A DNA stretch of 32,000 nucleotides from Sphingobium bisphenolivorans (lineage in GTDB: Bacteria; Pseudomonadota; Alphaproteobacteria; Sphingomonadales; Sphingomonadaceae): NCBI RefSeq assembly GCF_000412635.1, contig NZ_ASTG01000006.1, positions 3,254 to 35,253 of the forward strand, written 5' to 3'. The position numbers were made by a program, and so were the translations under genes. The stretch's first letter is position 1; each line of letters opens with the position of its first letter. Below, in pieces: positions 15,256 to 24,874 of the stretch. Below the pieces are notes generated by a model. That model was given only the letters and a program-made list of their open reading frames with translations, was not told the DNA's origin and did not search any database.

Positions 15256-15498
15256 TCAGCACACATCCTCTTCGCGCACCACCGGGCGGCTTTCCCGCGT
15301 CGCGCGCATCCGGCTCGCCTTGTCGTCGGGGTCTGACGTCAGGATCACATGATCCTCATGCACCTCCAGCAGCACGCCCGCGAAGGGGAAGCCCTCCAGC
15401 CCGCCGGTCACCCGATAGCTCACCTGATCGCCGACCTTGAACGTCGCCGGGTCCACGTTGAAGTCGAAAGGGCAGGCGCCCTCGCCCATGCCTTGCAT
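15256..15498 (-). CDS. hypothetical 80-aa protein
   Basis: Strong SD AAGGAGA 6 nt upstream of ATG 15498. No family recognised. Confidence 0.55.
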   Translation of the reverse strand: MQGMGEGACPFDFNVDPATFKVGDQVSYRVTGGLEGFPFAGVLLEVHEDHVILTSDPDDKASRMRATRESRPVVREEDVC

Positions 15499-15627
15499 GA
15501 TGGATCTCCTTTTTTAGCGACTCTATTCTGCCGGCCACCCTCGATCAAGCGCAGCCACAAACATCCCTGCCGCGCCGTTGTCTGAAAGCGCTGGATAGCA
15601 TTCCCATTCTCGGCTAGGCCCGCCACG

Positions 15628-16266
15628 ATGCTCACCAAGCTCTATCAATGGACGCTGGCGAAAGCCGCCCACGCCCATGCCGAACGCTGGCTCTTCGCCA
15701 TCAGCTTTATGGAGTCGAGCTTCTTCCCGATCCCACCGCACCCGCTGCTCGGCCTGATGTGCCTCGCCCGGCCGGAGCGCGCGATCCGTTTCGGCTTCAT
15801 CTGCACCCTGGCGTCGGTTCTGGGCGGTCTGTTCGGCTATGCGATCGGCCATTACCTCTATGAAGCGCTAGGCCAGCAGATCCTTCAGGCGTTGGGCCTC
15901 GCCGCGAAATTCCCGGTCGCCGCCTGCTACCTGCGCGATTACGGAGCAGAGATCATCCTGATCAAGGGCGCCACGCCCATTCCGTTCAAGCTCATCACGA
16001 TAACGGCAGGCTTCATCGGCCTTTCGCTCTTCACCTTCCTTTGGGCGAGCATCCTTTCGCGCGCCTTCCAGTTCATGCTTGTCGGCTTCCTGTTCTGGAA
16101 GTTCGGCCGCCCTATCAAGGCATTCATTGAGAAATATCTGGGCCTGCTCTCCGCAGCATTTCTGCTGCTCGTTGTCGGAGGCTTTATCGCCGCCTCGACG
16201 CTCTCCGGCAACCACGGCGACAAGAGCGACAAGTGCAGTCACGCCACCATAGCCACCCTGCGCTAG
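15628..16266 (+). CDS. YqaA/DedA-family inner membrane protein
   Basis: 212 aa. 'FMESSFFPIPPHPLL' is the YqaA/SNARE-associated signature. Multiple TM helices. Confidence 0.85.
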   Translation: MLTKLYQWTLAKAAHAHAERWLFAISFMESSFFPIPPHPLLGLMCLARPERAIRFGFICTLASVLGGLFGYAIGHYLYEALGQQILQALGLAAKFPVAACYLRDYGAEIILIKGATPIPFKLITITAGFIGLSLFTFLWASILSRAFQFMLVGFLFWKFGRPIKAFIEKYLGLLSAAFLLLVVGGFIAASTLSGNHGDKSDKCSHATIATLR

Positions 16267-16277
16267 TCCGCGCCCCC

Positions 16278-17840
16278 ATGCATTACATCATCACCCGCCA
16301 TCCCAAGCTCGCTGCCCTGCTCGCCGGATTCATCGCGGCAACAGGCTTCGAGCCGCTCAAGCTCTGGCCTGTCACCCTCGCCTGCTTCGCGCTGCTCATC
16401 GCGCTGATCGAGCGCGCGCCCGACCGTCGCTCCGCCTTCCTGCGCGGCTGGTTGTTCGGCGTCGGCCATTTCACGCTCGGCCTCAACTGGATTGCCCACG
16501 CCTTCACCTTCCAGGACGCGATGCCGCACTGGTTCGGCTACGGCGCGGTCGTCCTGCTGTCTCTTTATCTCGCGGTTTATCCCGGCCTCGCCACGTTGGG
16601 CGCCTGGTGGCTACAAAGCAGCGTTTTCCTGCCGAGGCAGAAGCACGGAAATCTCACCGTGCCCCTCCTCTTCGCGGCCACCTGGCTCGCAACAGAATAT
16701 CTTCGGGCTGTCATCTTCACAGGTTTCGCCTGGAACCCGTTGGGGGCAACGCTGCTGCCGACCGGCATCGCCATCGCCTCAACCCTCATCGGCACCTACG
16801 GCCTGGGCGCCCTCACCATTCTTGCGTCCGGCGCACTTCTCCTCGTCTCGCGCCGCCAGTTCACGCCCGCCGCAGCCATCGCCGTCCCCCTCCTGGCGCT
16901 TGCTGCATGGGGCCTGTTATCGCCAGCACCGCCCGCCGGGACAGGCGCCCCCCGCATCCGCGTCGTTCAGCCCAACATCGGCCAGGACGAGAAATATTCG
17001 CCCGAACTGGAGCAAGCACATTTCCGCACCCTGGCGACGCTCTCCGGCACGCCTCGCCCGGCGCCCCGCCTGATCTTCTGGCCCGAGGCGGCGATCCCCG
17101 CCTATCTCGATATGGAGCCGGAATGGCGCACTCGTCTCGCTAGCCTGCTCGGCCCCGGCGATCTGCTGATGACCGGTGCCACCAAGGTCTATTTCAAGCA
17201 GGTCGAAAAGAACGGCTATGCTGAAAATGTGCTGGCCGGCGCGAACAACAGCCTGTTCGTCGTGACGCCCGACGCTCGGCTCGCCGCGCGCTACGACAAG
17301 TCGCATCTCGTACCCTATGGCGAATATCTGCCGATGCGATCGATCCTCCAGCCGATAGGCCTCTCCCGCCTCGTTCCCGGCGACGCCGATTTCTGGCCGG
17401 GTCCCGGGCCCCAAAGCCTCACCCTGCCCGCAACGCTCGGCCGCCCGGAACTCAAGATGGGCGTGCAGATCTGCTACGAGATCATCTTCTCGGGCCAGGT
17501 CGTCGACTCCGCGCATCGCCCCTCCTTCCTCTTCAACCCCTCGAACGATGCCTGGTTCGGCAGTTGGGGTCCCGTCCAGCACCTGGCCCAAGCCCGCCTT
17601 CGCGCGATCGAGGAAGCGCTGCCGATCATCCGCTCCACGCCGACCGGCGTCTCCGCCGTGATCGACGCCCGCGGCCATGTGCTGAGCGCACTCGGCCTCC
17701 ACCGCGCAGGCTTCCTCGACACCGGCCTTCCCTCGGCGCTGCCGCCGACCCTTTTCTCCCGCCTTGGGAATTGGGCGCCCTTCCTCTTCATGGCGCTTCT
17801 CCTCGCTCTCGCCATTGCCACCCGCAGAACGACCCGCTAA
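16278..17840 (+). CDS. lnt: apolipoprotein N-acyltransferase
   Basis: I trim track ORF 16233..17840 to ATG 16278 ([18 protein letters not shown]...). It has an N-terminal polytopic domain and a CN-hydrolase domain ('[12 protein letters not shown]', 'IFWPEAA', '[12 protein letters not shown]', 'QICYEIIF'). Confidence 0.93.
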   Translation: MHYIITRHPKLAALLAGFIAATGFEPLKLWPVTLACFALLIALIERAPDRRSAFLRGWLFGVGHFTLGLNWIAHAFTFQDAMPHWFGYGAVVLLSLYLAVYPGLATLGAWWLQSSVFLPRQKHGNLTVPLLFAATWLATEYLRAVIFTGFAWNPLGATLLPTGIAIASTLIGTYGLGALTILASGALLLVSRRQFTPAAAIAVPLLALAAWGLLSPAPPAGTGAPRIRVVQPNIGQDEKYSPELEQAHFRTLATLSGTPRPAPRLIFWPEAAIPAYLDMEPEWRTRLASLLGPGDLLMTGATKVYFKQVEKNGYAENVLAGANNSLFVVTPDARLAARYDKSHLVPYGEYLPMRSILQPIGLSRLVPGDADFWPGPGPQSLTLPATLGRPELKMGVQICYEIIFSGQVVDSAHRPSFLFNPSNDAWFGSWGPVQHLAQARLRAIEEALPIIRSTPTGVSAVIDARGHVLSALGLHRAGFLDTGLPSALPPTLFSRLGNWAPFLFMALLLALAIATRRTTR

Positions 17841-17898
17841 TAGCCACATAAACTTTTCTTTATGTCGCTTGTCCGCACTGCGTGCTAACGGGAGTCCC

Positions 17899-19104
17899 AT
17901 GCGCAACAATTATCTCTTCACCTCGGAATCAGTGTCCGAAGGCCATCCCGACAAGGTCGCTGACCAGATCTCCGACGCCATCGTCGACCTGTTCCTTTCG
18001 AAGGATCCCGAAGCGCGCATCGCGTGCGAAACGCTGACCACGACTCAACTCGTCGTCCTCGCCGGCGAAATCCGCTGCAAGGGCGTCTATGAAAATGATG
18101 CCTGGGCTCCCGGTGCCCAGGAAGAGATCGAACGCACCGTCCGCGAAACGGTGAAGCGCATCGGCTATGAGCAGGACGGCTTCCATTGGGAAAGCTTCCG
18201 CTTCGAAAACAATCTTCACGGGCAGTCCGCGCACATCGCGCAGGGCGTCGACGCCGCTGGCAACAAGGATGAAGGCGCTGGCGACCAGGGCATCATGTTC
18301 GGCTTCGCCTGCGACGAAACCCCCGACCTCATGCCCGCCACGCTCGACTACAGCCACAAGATCCTGGCGAAGATGGCCGCCGACCGCCACTCCGGCCGCG
18401 CCCCCTTCCTTGAGCCGGACGCCAAGAGCCAGGTCACGCTGCGCTTCGAAAACGGCAAGCCTGCCGCCGCCACCGCCATTGTTGTCTCGACCCAGCACGC
18501 GCCCGGCTATGATCAGGGCGATAAGGAAGCCGAACTCAAAAACTATGTGAAGGGCGTCGTCGCCGAGGTTCTTCCCGGCGAACTGCTCTCGGCCGAGACG
18601 GTGTACCACATCAACCCGACCGGCAGCTTCGAAATCGGCGGCCCCGATGGCGATGCTGGCCTCACCGGCCGCAAGATCATCGTGGACACCTATGGCGGCG
18701 CTTCGCCCCATGGCGGTGGGGCCTTCTCGGGCAAGGACCCGACTAAGGTCGATCGCTCCGCCGCCTATATCACCCGCTACCTGGCGAAAAACATCGTCGC
18801 CGCCGGCCTCGCCCGCCGCTGCACGATTCAGCTCGCCTATGCGATTGGCGTTTCGGAACCTTTGTCGCTTTATGTCGACACCCATGGCACCGGAACAGTC
18901 GCCGATGACCGCATCGAAAATGCGATCAAGGGCATCACCGAGTTGGGAGGCCTTACCCCGCGCGGTATCCGCACGCATCTTGGCCTCAACAAGCCGATCT
19001 ACCAGCCGTCGGCGGCCTATGGCCACTTTGGTCGCAAGGCGGAAGGCGACTTCTTCCCCTGGGAGCGCACTGATCTGGTGGAAAAGCTCAAGGCCGCCCT
19101 TTAA
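17899..19104 (+). CDS. metK: S-adenosylmethionine synthetase
   Basis: I trim the track ORF to ATG 17899 ([26 protein letters not shown]...), with a GGGAG SD upstream. '[12 protein letters not shown]' and '[19 protein letters not shown]' are MetK signatures. Confidence 0.98.
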   Translation: MRNNYLFTSESVSEGHPDKVADQISDAIVDLFLSKDPEARIACETLTTTQLVVLAGEIRCKGVYENDAWAPGAQEEIERTVRETVKRIGYEQDGFHWESFRFENNLHGQSAHIAQGVDAAGNKDEGAGDQGIMFGFACDETPDLMPATLDYSHKILAKMAADRHSGRAPFLEPDAKSQVTLRFENGKPAAATAIVVSTQHAPGYDQGDKEAELKNYVKGVVAEVLPGELLSAETVYHINPTGSFEIGGPDGDAGLTGRKIIVDTYGGASPHGGGAFSGKDPTKVDRSAAYITRYLAKNIVAAGLARRCTIQLAYAIGVSEPLSLYVDTHGTGTVADDRIENAIKGITELGGLTPRGIRTHLGLNKPIYQPSAAYGHFGRKAEGDFFPWERTDLVEKLKAAL

Positions 19105-19121
19105 ACTTTTTTCCGTTATCG

Positions 19122-19157
19122 AAGAAGGGCGCGAAACCTGTGTTTCGCGCCCTTCTT
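19122..19157 (+). terminator. metK terminator hairpin (16-bp perfect stem, CTGT loop)
   Basis: AAGAAGGGCGCGAAAC (19122..19137) pairs with GTTTCGCGCCCTTCTT (19142..19157), 18 nt after the metK stop. The U-tract is only the CUUCUU within the stem. Confidence 0.7.
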
Positions 19158-19191
19158 AGTTGCTTGACTTCCCCTTTTTCGTTTCCTATGC

Positions 19192-19206
19192 GTTCTCCAT
19201 CCGTTC
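19192..19206 (+). promoter_or_regulatory. alphaproteobacterial LexA (SOS) box GTTC-N7-GTTC in the lexA promoter
   Basis: GTTC TCCATCC GTTC read at 19192..19206, 17 nt upstream of the lexA ATG. A TTGACT -35-like hexamer sits at 19164..19169, and 17 nt later TATGCG (19187..19192) abuts the box. This is consistent with autoregulation. Confidence 0.8.
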
Positions 19207-19222
19207 CAAGGAGGGCACGCAG

Positions 19223-19894
19223 ATGTTGACACCCAAGCAACAGGAATTGCTCAGCTTCATTCAGATCCGGTTGGAGGAAGACGGCGTGTCTCCTTCCTTC
19301 GAGGAGATGAAGGAAGCGCTCGACCTGCGTTCCAAGTCCGGCATTCATCGGCTTATCAACGCACTGGAGGAACGCGGCTTCATCCGGCGGCTCGCCAATC
19401 GCGCTCGTGCGCTGGAGGTGCTCAAGCTTCCCGAAGCCATGCATCGCGCGCCAAAGGCGGTAGCTTCGTCAAAGCCGCAACTGCCCGCCAGCCCTCCTAT
19501 GGCGGCTAATGACGTCGTTGAAATCCCGCTCCATGGACGCATCGCCGCAGGCGTGCCGATCGAAGCGCTGGAGGGGCAGAATATGCTCTCGGTGCCCGCC
19601 GCGCTGCTTGGAGCCGGCGATCATTATGCTCTCGAGGTCGCCGGAGACTCGATGATTGAAGCAGGCATATTGGACGGCGATTTTGCATTGATCCAACGCA
19701 CCGAGGTCGCGCGCGAGGGGGAGATCGTCGTGGCGCTTGTCGAGGAAAGCGAGGCGACGCTCAAATATTTCCGCCGGGAAGGGCCAAAAGTCCGGCTCGA
19801 TCCGGCCAACAGCGCCTATGAGGCGCAGATCTACGATCCGCGTCAGGTTCGCATTCAGGGCCGATTGGCTGGGCTGTTGCGGCGATATAACTGA
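19223..19894 (+). CDS. lexA: LexA repressor
   Basis: I trim the track ORF to ATG 19223 ([14 protein letters not shown]...), with AAGGAGGG SD. Winged HTH '[34 protein letters not shown]'. S24 peptidase '[12 protein letters not shown]' and the Ala-Gly cleavage region '[11 protein letters not shown]'. Confidence 0.97.
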   Translation: MLTPKQQELLSFIQIRLEEDGVSPSFEEMKEALDLRSKSGIHRLINALEERGFIRRLANRARALEVLKLPEAMHRAPKAVASSKPQLPASPPMAANDVVEIPLHGRIAAGVPIEALEGQNMLSVPAALLGAGDHYALEVAGDSMIEAGILDGDFALIQRTEVAREGEIVVALVEESEATLKYFRREGPKVRLDPANSAYEAQIYDPRQVRIQGRLAGLLRRYN

Positions 19895-22047
19895 CGATCG
19901 GTCGGCCGCGCCCTACTCGGTGGCGCGGCTATCCAGGGATGCTCGTCACCGACTGTCCTGACGGTGCGGACGCCAGGATCGTCGAGATAGATGGCGAGTC
20001 CGCCAGTATGATGGAGCAGCCACTTGTCTGCCTTCAGCCAACGGGGACGACAGCTGCGCGGAAGACGGCGGTCGCTGACCACAATGTCCGCGCCGGCACA
20101 ATCATGCGCCAGCCGTTGGGCGTCGACCATCGTGCTGGAACGGGTAACCAGCAGGCTCCACATCCGGTCCGGTCCTTTGAGGTGAACGGCGCACAGATCG
20201 ACCGAGCATCTCGCCTGCGACAGCGAAGCGATGGCTTCCAGGGCACCATCATATCCAGCGCTTTCGCCCATGCTGTCACGAATATAGTCGCCGGCACCCT
20301 CGCGAAGGATCGCCATGGCGCCGCTTTCCGTGCGTATCGCCACATGCCGGCCGTCGCCCGTGACGAGGATGGCGGGAGGCGCATTCAGCCCGATCATGAC
20401 CATCCCGGTCGCCACTGGCAGCAATCCCGCCCATCTCCATGCAGTCCGCCACAGCAGACACCATAATCCACCCATGACGATCAGACCGAAGCTCGCCGCC
20501 GATTGGATCGGCGCAGCCATTACCGCCCATGGGCTCGCGGAAATCGAATGAGCGATCCACAATAGCAGGTCCAGCGCGCGCGATGTCAGCCACCAGAACG
20601 GCGCGCCCAGTCCCAAGATGTCGAATAGCAATGCCGCCGCCTCCAACGGCATGACGACAAAAGTCGTGAGCGGTATCGCGACGAGGTTCGCCAGCGAGCC
20701 GAGCATCCCTGCCTTGTGGAAATGGAACAAAGCAATGGGAGCGAGGACCAGTTCCACCGCCAGACCGGTAGCAAGCATGACAGCAAGTGATCGGCCGGCC
20801 TTGCGCCATACCGCCTCGTCCCTGCCGCCGGCGAAGGCGCGAAAGCGCGGATGCTCGCTCAGCGATACCAGCGCGATCACGGCGGCAAAGCTCATCTGAA
20901 AACTTGGTCCAACCAAGGCCTCTGGCCATAGCAGCAAGACGACTAACGCTCCTGCCGCCACCAGCCTCAGCGTAAGGGCATCCCGGCCCAATGCCAGTCC
21001 GCCCAGGACCAGCAGTGCCGCGACGCAGGACCGGACCGTAGGCACCTCCGCGCCGGTCAGAAGCGTGTAGCCTATCCCCGCCAGGGCGCCGCCTGCCGCC
21101 GCGATCAGCATCAGTGGCCAATCGAGCGCAGCGCGACGGCTGAGTGCCATGCATCGCGTCAGGATGAACACGACGGCCGCGATCAGCGCCGTGACATGCA
21201 GGCCACTGATCGACAGCAGATGCGCCAGGCCGCTGCGCCGCATCGCGTCCGCATCCTCCAGCTCAATGCCGCCCTGATCCCCGGTCGCCAGAGCAGCCGC
21301 AATCCCCGCGCCCTGCCCTCCGGCCTGCTGAAGGATATGCGCAAAGAGGCGCGAACGCAGCGGAGGTTCCATCGTTGCCGGCTCCAGAACGGCAACGGGC
21401 TTGAGCGCCCGGCCTGTCGCGCCGATGCCTGAGAAATAGGCGCGCATCGCAAAGTCATATCCGCCGGGCAGGTTCGGTGGAGCAGGCGGCATCAGGCGCG
21501 CGCGGAACCTGATTACAGCCCCTTCTCCCACACCTCCAGGCATGTCGCCGTCCGCGATATTCACGCGAACCAGCCGGGGCAGGTCCGGCCTGCTGCGCGG
21601 TCGAACGAGAATGCGACTCATCCGCTGCGCCGGCACGCTATTGACCGCCTGAACCTCGCCCACCATCTCGACAAAGGCCGGTCGAGTGAGGGCAGGCTGT
21701 CCCCAAATGATCGCCTTGGTCCAGATCAAAAGGCAGCCGAAGGCCGCCAGAAACCCGCCGAGAATGAACAACCGCCGCAGCCTGCTGCCTGCCGGCAGCA
21801 GCAACGCCGCGCAGCACAGACCCACCATCGAAATACAAAAGGTAAGCCATTCCAAGCGATTAGGCAGAACCATCCAGGCGACTACGCCAAAACCGAGCGC
21901 TACCGGAACCCAGAGCGCCAGCTGCTCCCGCTCCTGCTCCAGCCATCCCTCCAATCGCGTAAAACAGGCCTGCATTCTCCGCTCCACATTCCCGGAAACG
22001 GAGGTTTGTCGTGGCTCAAAAGCCATGCTAGGGGGCGCAGCGATCAT
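19855..22047 (-). CDS. comEC: ComEC/Rec2-family DNA internalisation channel protein
   Basis: C-terminal ~730 aa of the 1076-aa track ORF. Polytopic competence domain ('[16 protein letters not shown]', '[11 protein letters not shown]'). The start is uncertain: ATG 22047, 22026 or 21975. 21975 ([22 protein letters not shown]) leaves a sensible divergent spacer to gltX. Confidence 0.88.
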   Translation of the reverse strand: MIAAPPSMAFEPRQTSVSGNVERRMQACFTRLEGWLEQEREQLALWVPVALGFGVVAWMVLPNRLEWLTFCISMVGLCCAALLLPAGSRLRRLFILGGFLAAFGCLLIWTKAIIWGQPALTRPAFVEMVGEVQAVNSVPAQRMSRILVRPRSRPDLPRLVRVNIADGDMPGGVGEGAVIRFRARLMPPAPPNLPGGYDFAMRAYFSGIGATGRALKPVAVLEPATMEPPLRSRLFAHILQQAGGQGAGIAAALATGDQGGIELEDADAMRRSGLAHLLSISGLHVTALIAAVVFILTRCMALSRRAALDWPLMLIAAAGGALAGIGYTLLTGAEVPTVRSCVAALLVLGGLALGRDALTLRLVAAGALVVLLLWPEALVGPSFQMSFAAVIALVSLSEHPRFRAFAGGRDEAVWRKAGRSLAVMLATGLAVELVLAPIALFHFHKAGMLGSLANLVAIPLTTFVVMPLEAAALLFDILGLGAPFWWLTSRALDLLLWIAHSISASPWAVMAAPIQSAASFGLIVMGGLWCLLWRTAWRWAGLLPVATGMVMIGLNAPPAILVTGDGRHVAIRTESGAMAILREGAGDYIRDSMGESAGYDGALEAIASLSQARCSVDLCAVHLKGPDRMWSLLVTRSSTMVDAQRLAHDCAGADIVVSDRRLPRSCRPRWLKADKWLLHHTGGLAIYLDDPGVRTVRTVGDEHPWIAAPPSRARPTDRQLYRRNSPANRP

Positions 22048-22062
22048 GGATGGGCAGGACGA

Positions 22063-23517
22063 ATGTCGGGGAATGAAGCGGTGAGTGCGAAGGGTTCGGA
22101 CAGACAGGTAGTAACCCGTTTTGCGCCGTCGCCTACCGGTTTTCTTCATATCGGCGGCGCGCGGACTGCTCTTTTCAACTGGCTGTTCGCGCGGCACCAT
22201 GGCGGCAAGTTCCTGCTGCGCATCGAAGACACGGATCGTGCCCGTTCCACCGAAGAAGCAGTAGCTGCGATTTTCGACGGTCTGGAATGGCTCGGGCTGA
22301 TGGGTGATGAGCCAGCGATATTCCAGTTCGAGCGCACGCCCCGCCATGCCGAGGTTGCCCACCAGCTGTTGGCTGCCGGGCACGCTTATCGCTGCTACGC
22401 CACGCCTGAGGAACTCGCCGAACTGCGTGAACAGCAGCGGGCGGCCAAGCAGCCGATGCGCTATGATGGCCGCTGGCGCGACCGCGACCCCTCGGAAGCT
22501 CCGGCGGGCGCGCCCTTCGTGATCCGCCTGAAGGCGGCGCGCGAAGGTGAGACTGCCATCGAGGACGCGGTACAGGGCCGCGTGGTCGTGCAGAATGCAG
22601 AATTGGACGATATGATCCTGCTGCGTTCCGACGGCACCCCCACCTACATGCTGGCCGTGGTGGTCGATGATCACGACATGGGCATCACCCATGTGATACG
22701 TGGCGACGATCACCTCAACAACGCCTTTCGGCAGCTCGGCATCATCAAGGCGATGGGTTGGGAAGAGCCGGTCTACGCGCACATCCCGCTCATCCACGGT
22801 TCCGATGGCGCAAAGCTTTCCAAGCGCCATGGGGCGTTGGGTGTCGATGCCTATCGCGATGAAATGGGGATGCTGCCTGAAGCAGTGCTGAACTATCTCC
22901 TGCGCCTTGGCTGGGGTTATGGCGACGAGGAAATCATCGCTCGCGACAGGGCTGTCGAACTGTTCGACATCGGCGGCGTCGGCCGTTCCCCCTCGCGGTT
23001 CGACATCAAGAAGCTGGAGAACCTGAACGGCCATTATCTTCGTGAAGCCGACGATGCCCGCCTGGCGGAGCTGGTGGCCCCGCACCTAGCGGATCGCCTG
23101 GGACGGTCACTGCCGGACCACTGCTTGCCGCTCCTCGAACAGGCCATGCCGTCCCTGAAGCCCCGCGCGAAGACGCTTAATGAAATTGCGGAGGGGGCCG
23201 AATTCCTGTTCAAAAATTGCCCGCTCGATTTTGACGAAAAGGCTTCGGCTCTGCTAGACGAATCGGCGCGTGCGCTGCTGGGCAAGACAGCCGATGCTCT
23301 TGAGCCCGTTCAGTCCTGGACGGTCGAAGCAATCGAGGAAGCGATTCGCCGCGTGGCAGAGGATGCTGGATTGGGGCTGGGCAAGGTCGCACAGCCCCTG
23401 CGCGCGGCGCTGACCGGACGCACGGTTTCGCCGGGAATTTTTGACGTCCTTTTCCTGCTGGGGAAGGCGGAGAGCTTGGAACGACTGGACGCTGTAAGGC
23501 ACGCATCGGCCGGTTGA
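22063..23517 (+). CDS. gltX: glutamate--tRNA ligase
   Basis: I trim the track ORF to ATG 22063 ([43 protein letters not shown]). HIGH motif 'PTGFLHIGG' and KMSKS-like 'KLSKRHG'. Confidence 0.96.
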   Translation: MSGNEAVSAKGSDRQVVTRFAPSPTGFLHIGGARTALFNWLFARHHGGKFLLRIEDTDRARSTEEAVAAIFDGLEWLGLMGDEPAIFQFERTPRHAEVAHQLLAAGHAYRCYATPEELAELREQQRAAKQPMRYDGRWRDRDPSEAPAGAPFVIRLKAAREGETAIEDAVQGRVVVQNAELDDMILLRSDGTPTYMLAVVVDDHDMGITHVIRGDDHLNNAFRQLGIIKAMGWEEPVYAHIPLIHGSDGAKLSKRHGALGVDAYRDEMGMLPEAVLNYLLRLGWGYGDEEIIARDRAVELFDIGGVGRSPSRFDIKKLENLNGHYLREADDARLAELVAPHLADRLGRSLPDHCLPLLEQAMPSLKPRAKTLNEIAEGAEFLFKNCPLDFDEKASALLDESARALLGKTADALEPVQSWTVEAIEEAIRRVAEDAGLGLGKVAQPLRAALTGRTVSPGIFDVLFLLGKAESLERLDAVRHASAG

Positions 23518-23535
23518 CGAATCAAGGAGAACGAG

Positions 23536-24822
23536 ATGTCGGATAATAATGCTACGTTGGCCGTGGGCGGCGAAGCGAAGGACTATGCGATCCTCAGCGG
23601 TTCTGTGGGACCGCAGGTCATCGACGTCCGCAAGCTTTACGCGAACACCGGGATGTTCACCTACGATCCGGGCTTCACCTCGACGGCCAGCTGCGACTCC
23701 GGCTTGACCTATATCGATGGCGATGCCGGCGTGCTGCTGCACCGCGGCTATCCGATCGACCAGCTCGCCGAGCAGTCGAGCTTCATGGAAGTGTCCTATC
23801 TCCTCCTGAACGGCGAGTTGCCCTCGAAGAAGGAACTGGAGGACTTCACCCGCACGATCAAGCGCCACACCATGGTGCATGAGCAGCTGACCACATTCTA
23901 CCGCGGCTTCCGTCGCGACGCGCACCCCATGGCGATCATGTGCGGCGTGGTCGGCGCGCTGTCAGCCTTCTACCATGACTCGACCGACATCAACGATCCG
24001 GAACAGCGCAAGATCGCGAGCCACCGTCTGATCGCCAAGATGCCGACGATTGCGGCAATGGCCTATAAATATTCGGTGGGTCAGCCGTTCGTCTATCCCC
24101 GCAACGACCTGTCCTACACCGCGAACTTCCTGAACATGACCTTCTCCGTCCCGGCGGAGGAATATGTCATCGATCCGGTCGTCGTCGATGCGATGGACAA
24201 GATTTTCACGCTGCATGCCGACCATGAGCAGAATGCCTCGACCTCGACCGTGCGCCTTGCAGGGTCTTCGGGCGCCAACCCCTTCGCATGCATCGCGGCG
24301 GGCATTGCCTGCCTCTGGGGTCCGGCGCATGGCGGTGCGAACGAAGCCGCGCTCAACATGCTTCGCGAGATCGGCACGGTCGACCGTATCCCGGAATATA
24401 TCGCCCGCGCCAAGAACAAGGACGATCCGTTCCGCCTGATGGGCTTCGGTCACCGCGTCTACAAGAATTACGATCCGCGCGCGACCGTCATGCAGAAGAC
24501 CGCCAAGGACGTTCTGGCGAAGCTCGGCGTCGACGATCCGATCTTCGACGTCGCCAAGGAACTGGAGCAGATCGCGCTCAACGATCCTTACTTCATCGAG
24601 AAGAAGCTCTACCCGAATGTCGACTTCTATTCCGGCGTGATCCTCTCGGCGATCGGTTTCCCGACCGAGATGTTCACCGTGCTCTTCGCCTTGGCTCGCA
24701 CCGTGGGTTGGGTCGCGCAGTGGAACGAAATGATTTCGGACCCAGCACAGAAGATCGGCCGCCCGCGCCAGCTCTACACCGGCCCGTCGCAGCGCGACTA
24801 TGTTCCGGTGGACAAGCGCTAA
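23536..24822 (+). CDS. gltA: citrate synthase (type II)
   Basis: 428 aa. '[14 protein letters not shown]' and '[15 protein letters not shown]' signatures. AAGGAGA SD upstream. Confidence 0.98.
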   Translation: MSDNNATLAVGGEAKDYAILSGSVGPQVIDVRKLYANTGMFTYDPGFTSTASCDSGLTYIDGDAGVLLHRGYPIDQLAEQSSFMEVSYLLLNGELPSKKELEDFTRTIKRHTMVHEQLTTFYRGFRRDAHPMAIMCGVVGALSAFYHDSTDINDPEQRKIASHRLIAKMPTIAAMAYKYSVGQPFVYPRNDLSYTANFLNMTFSVPAEEYVIDPVVVDAMDKIFTLHADHEQNASTSTVRLAGSSGANPFACIAAGIACLWGPAHGGANEAALNMLREIGTVDRIPEYIARAKNKDDPFRLMGFGHRVYKNYDPRATVMQKTAKDVLAKLGVDDPIFDVAKELEQIALNDPYFIEKKLYPNVDFYSGVILSAIGFPTEMFTVLFALARTVGWVAQWNEMISDPAQKIGRPRQLYTGPSQRDYVPVDKR

Positions 24823-24843
24823 GGGGCCCAGCCTCACAAAGCG

Positions 24844-24870
24844 AAACGGCGCCTATCGGGCGCCGTTTTT
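24844..24870. terminator. bidirectional rho-independent terminator between gltA and the convergent kinase-like gene
   Basis: AAACGGCGCC (24844..24853), TATCG loop, GGCGCCGTTT (24859..24868), then TT. A/T runs on both sides give U-tracts for either strand. Confidence 0.85.
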
Positions 24871-24874
24871 CGTT

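Noticed and set aside
17841-17898. Possible SAM riboswitch in front of metK
   Set aside because: Only 58 nt separate the lnt stop from the metK ATG. I could not find the pseudoknot-forming segments expected of SAM-II/SAM-V type elements, and the spacer is too short for a riboswitch plus expression platform.
22048-23085. N-terminal ~345 aa of the 1076-aa minus-strand ORF 19855..23085, which would make a giant ComEC
   Set aside because: This part is antisense to gltX, which has unmistakable HIGH and KMSKS motifs, and it has no ComEC-like or membrane features. The ComEC homology begins near '[19 protein letters not shown]', so the true start is at 22047 or lower.
16917-24837. Long minus-strand ORFs opposite lnt (16917..17909), metK (17929..19026), gltX/gltA (23254..23925, 23962..24837)
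   Set aside because: They lie antisense to unambiguous housekeeping genes, and their translations are low-complexity with no recognisable motifs.
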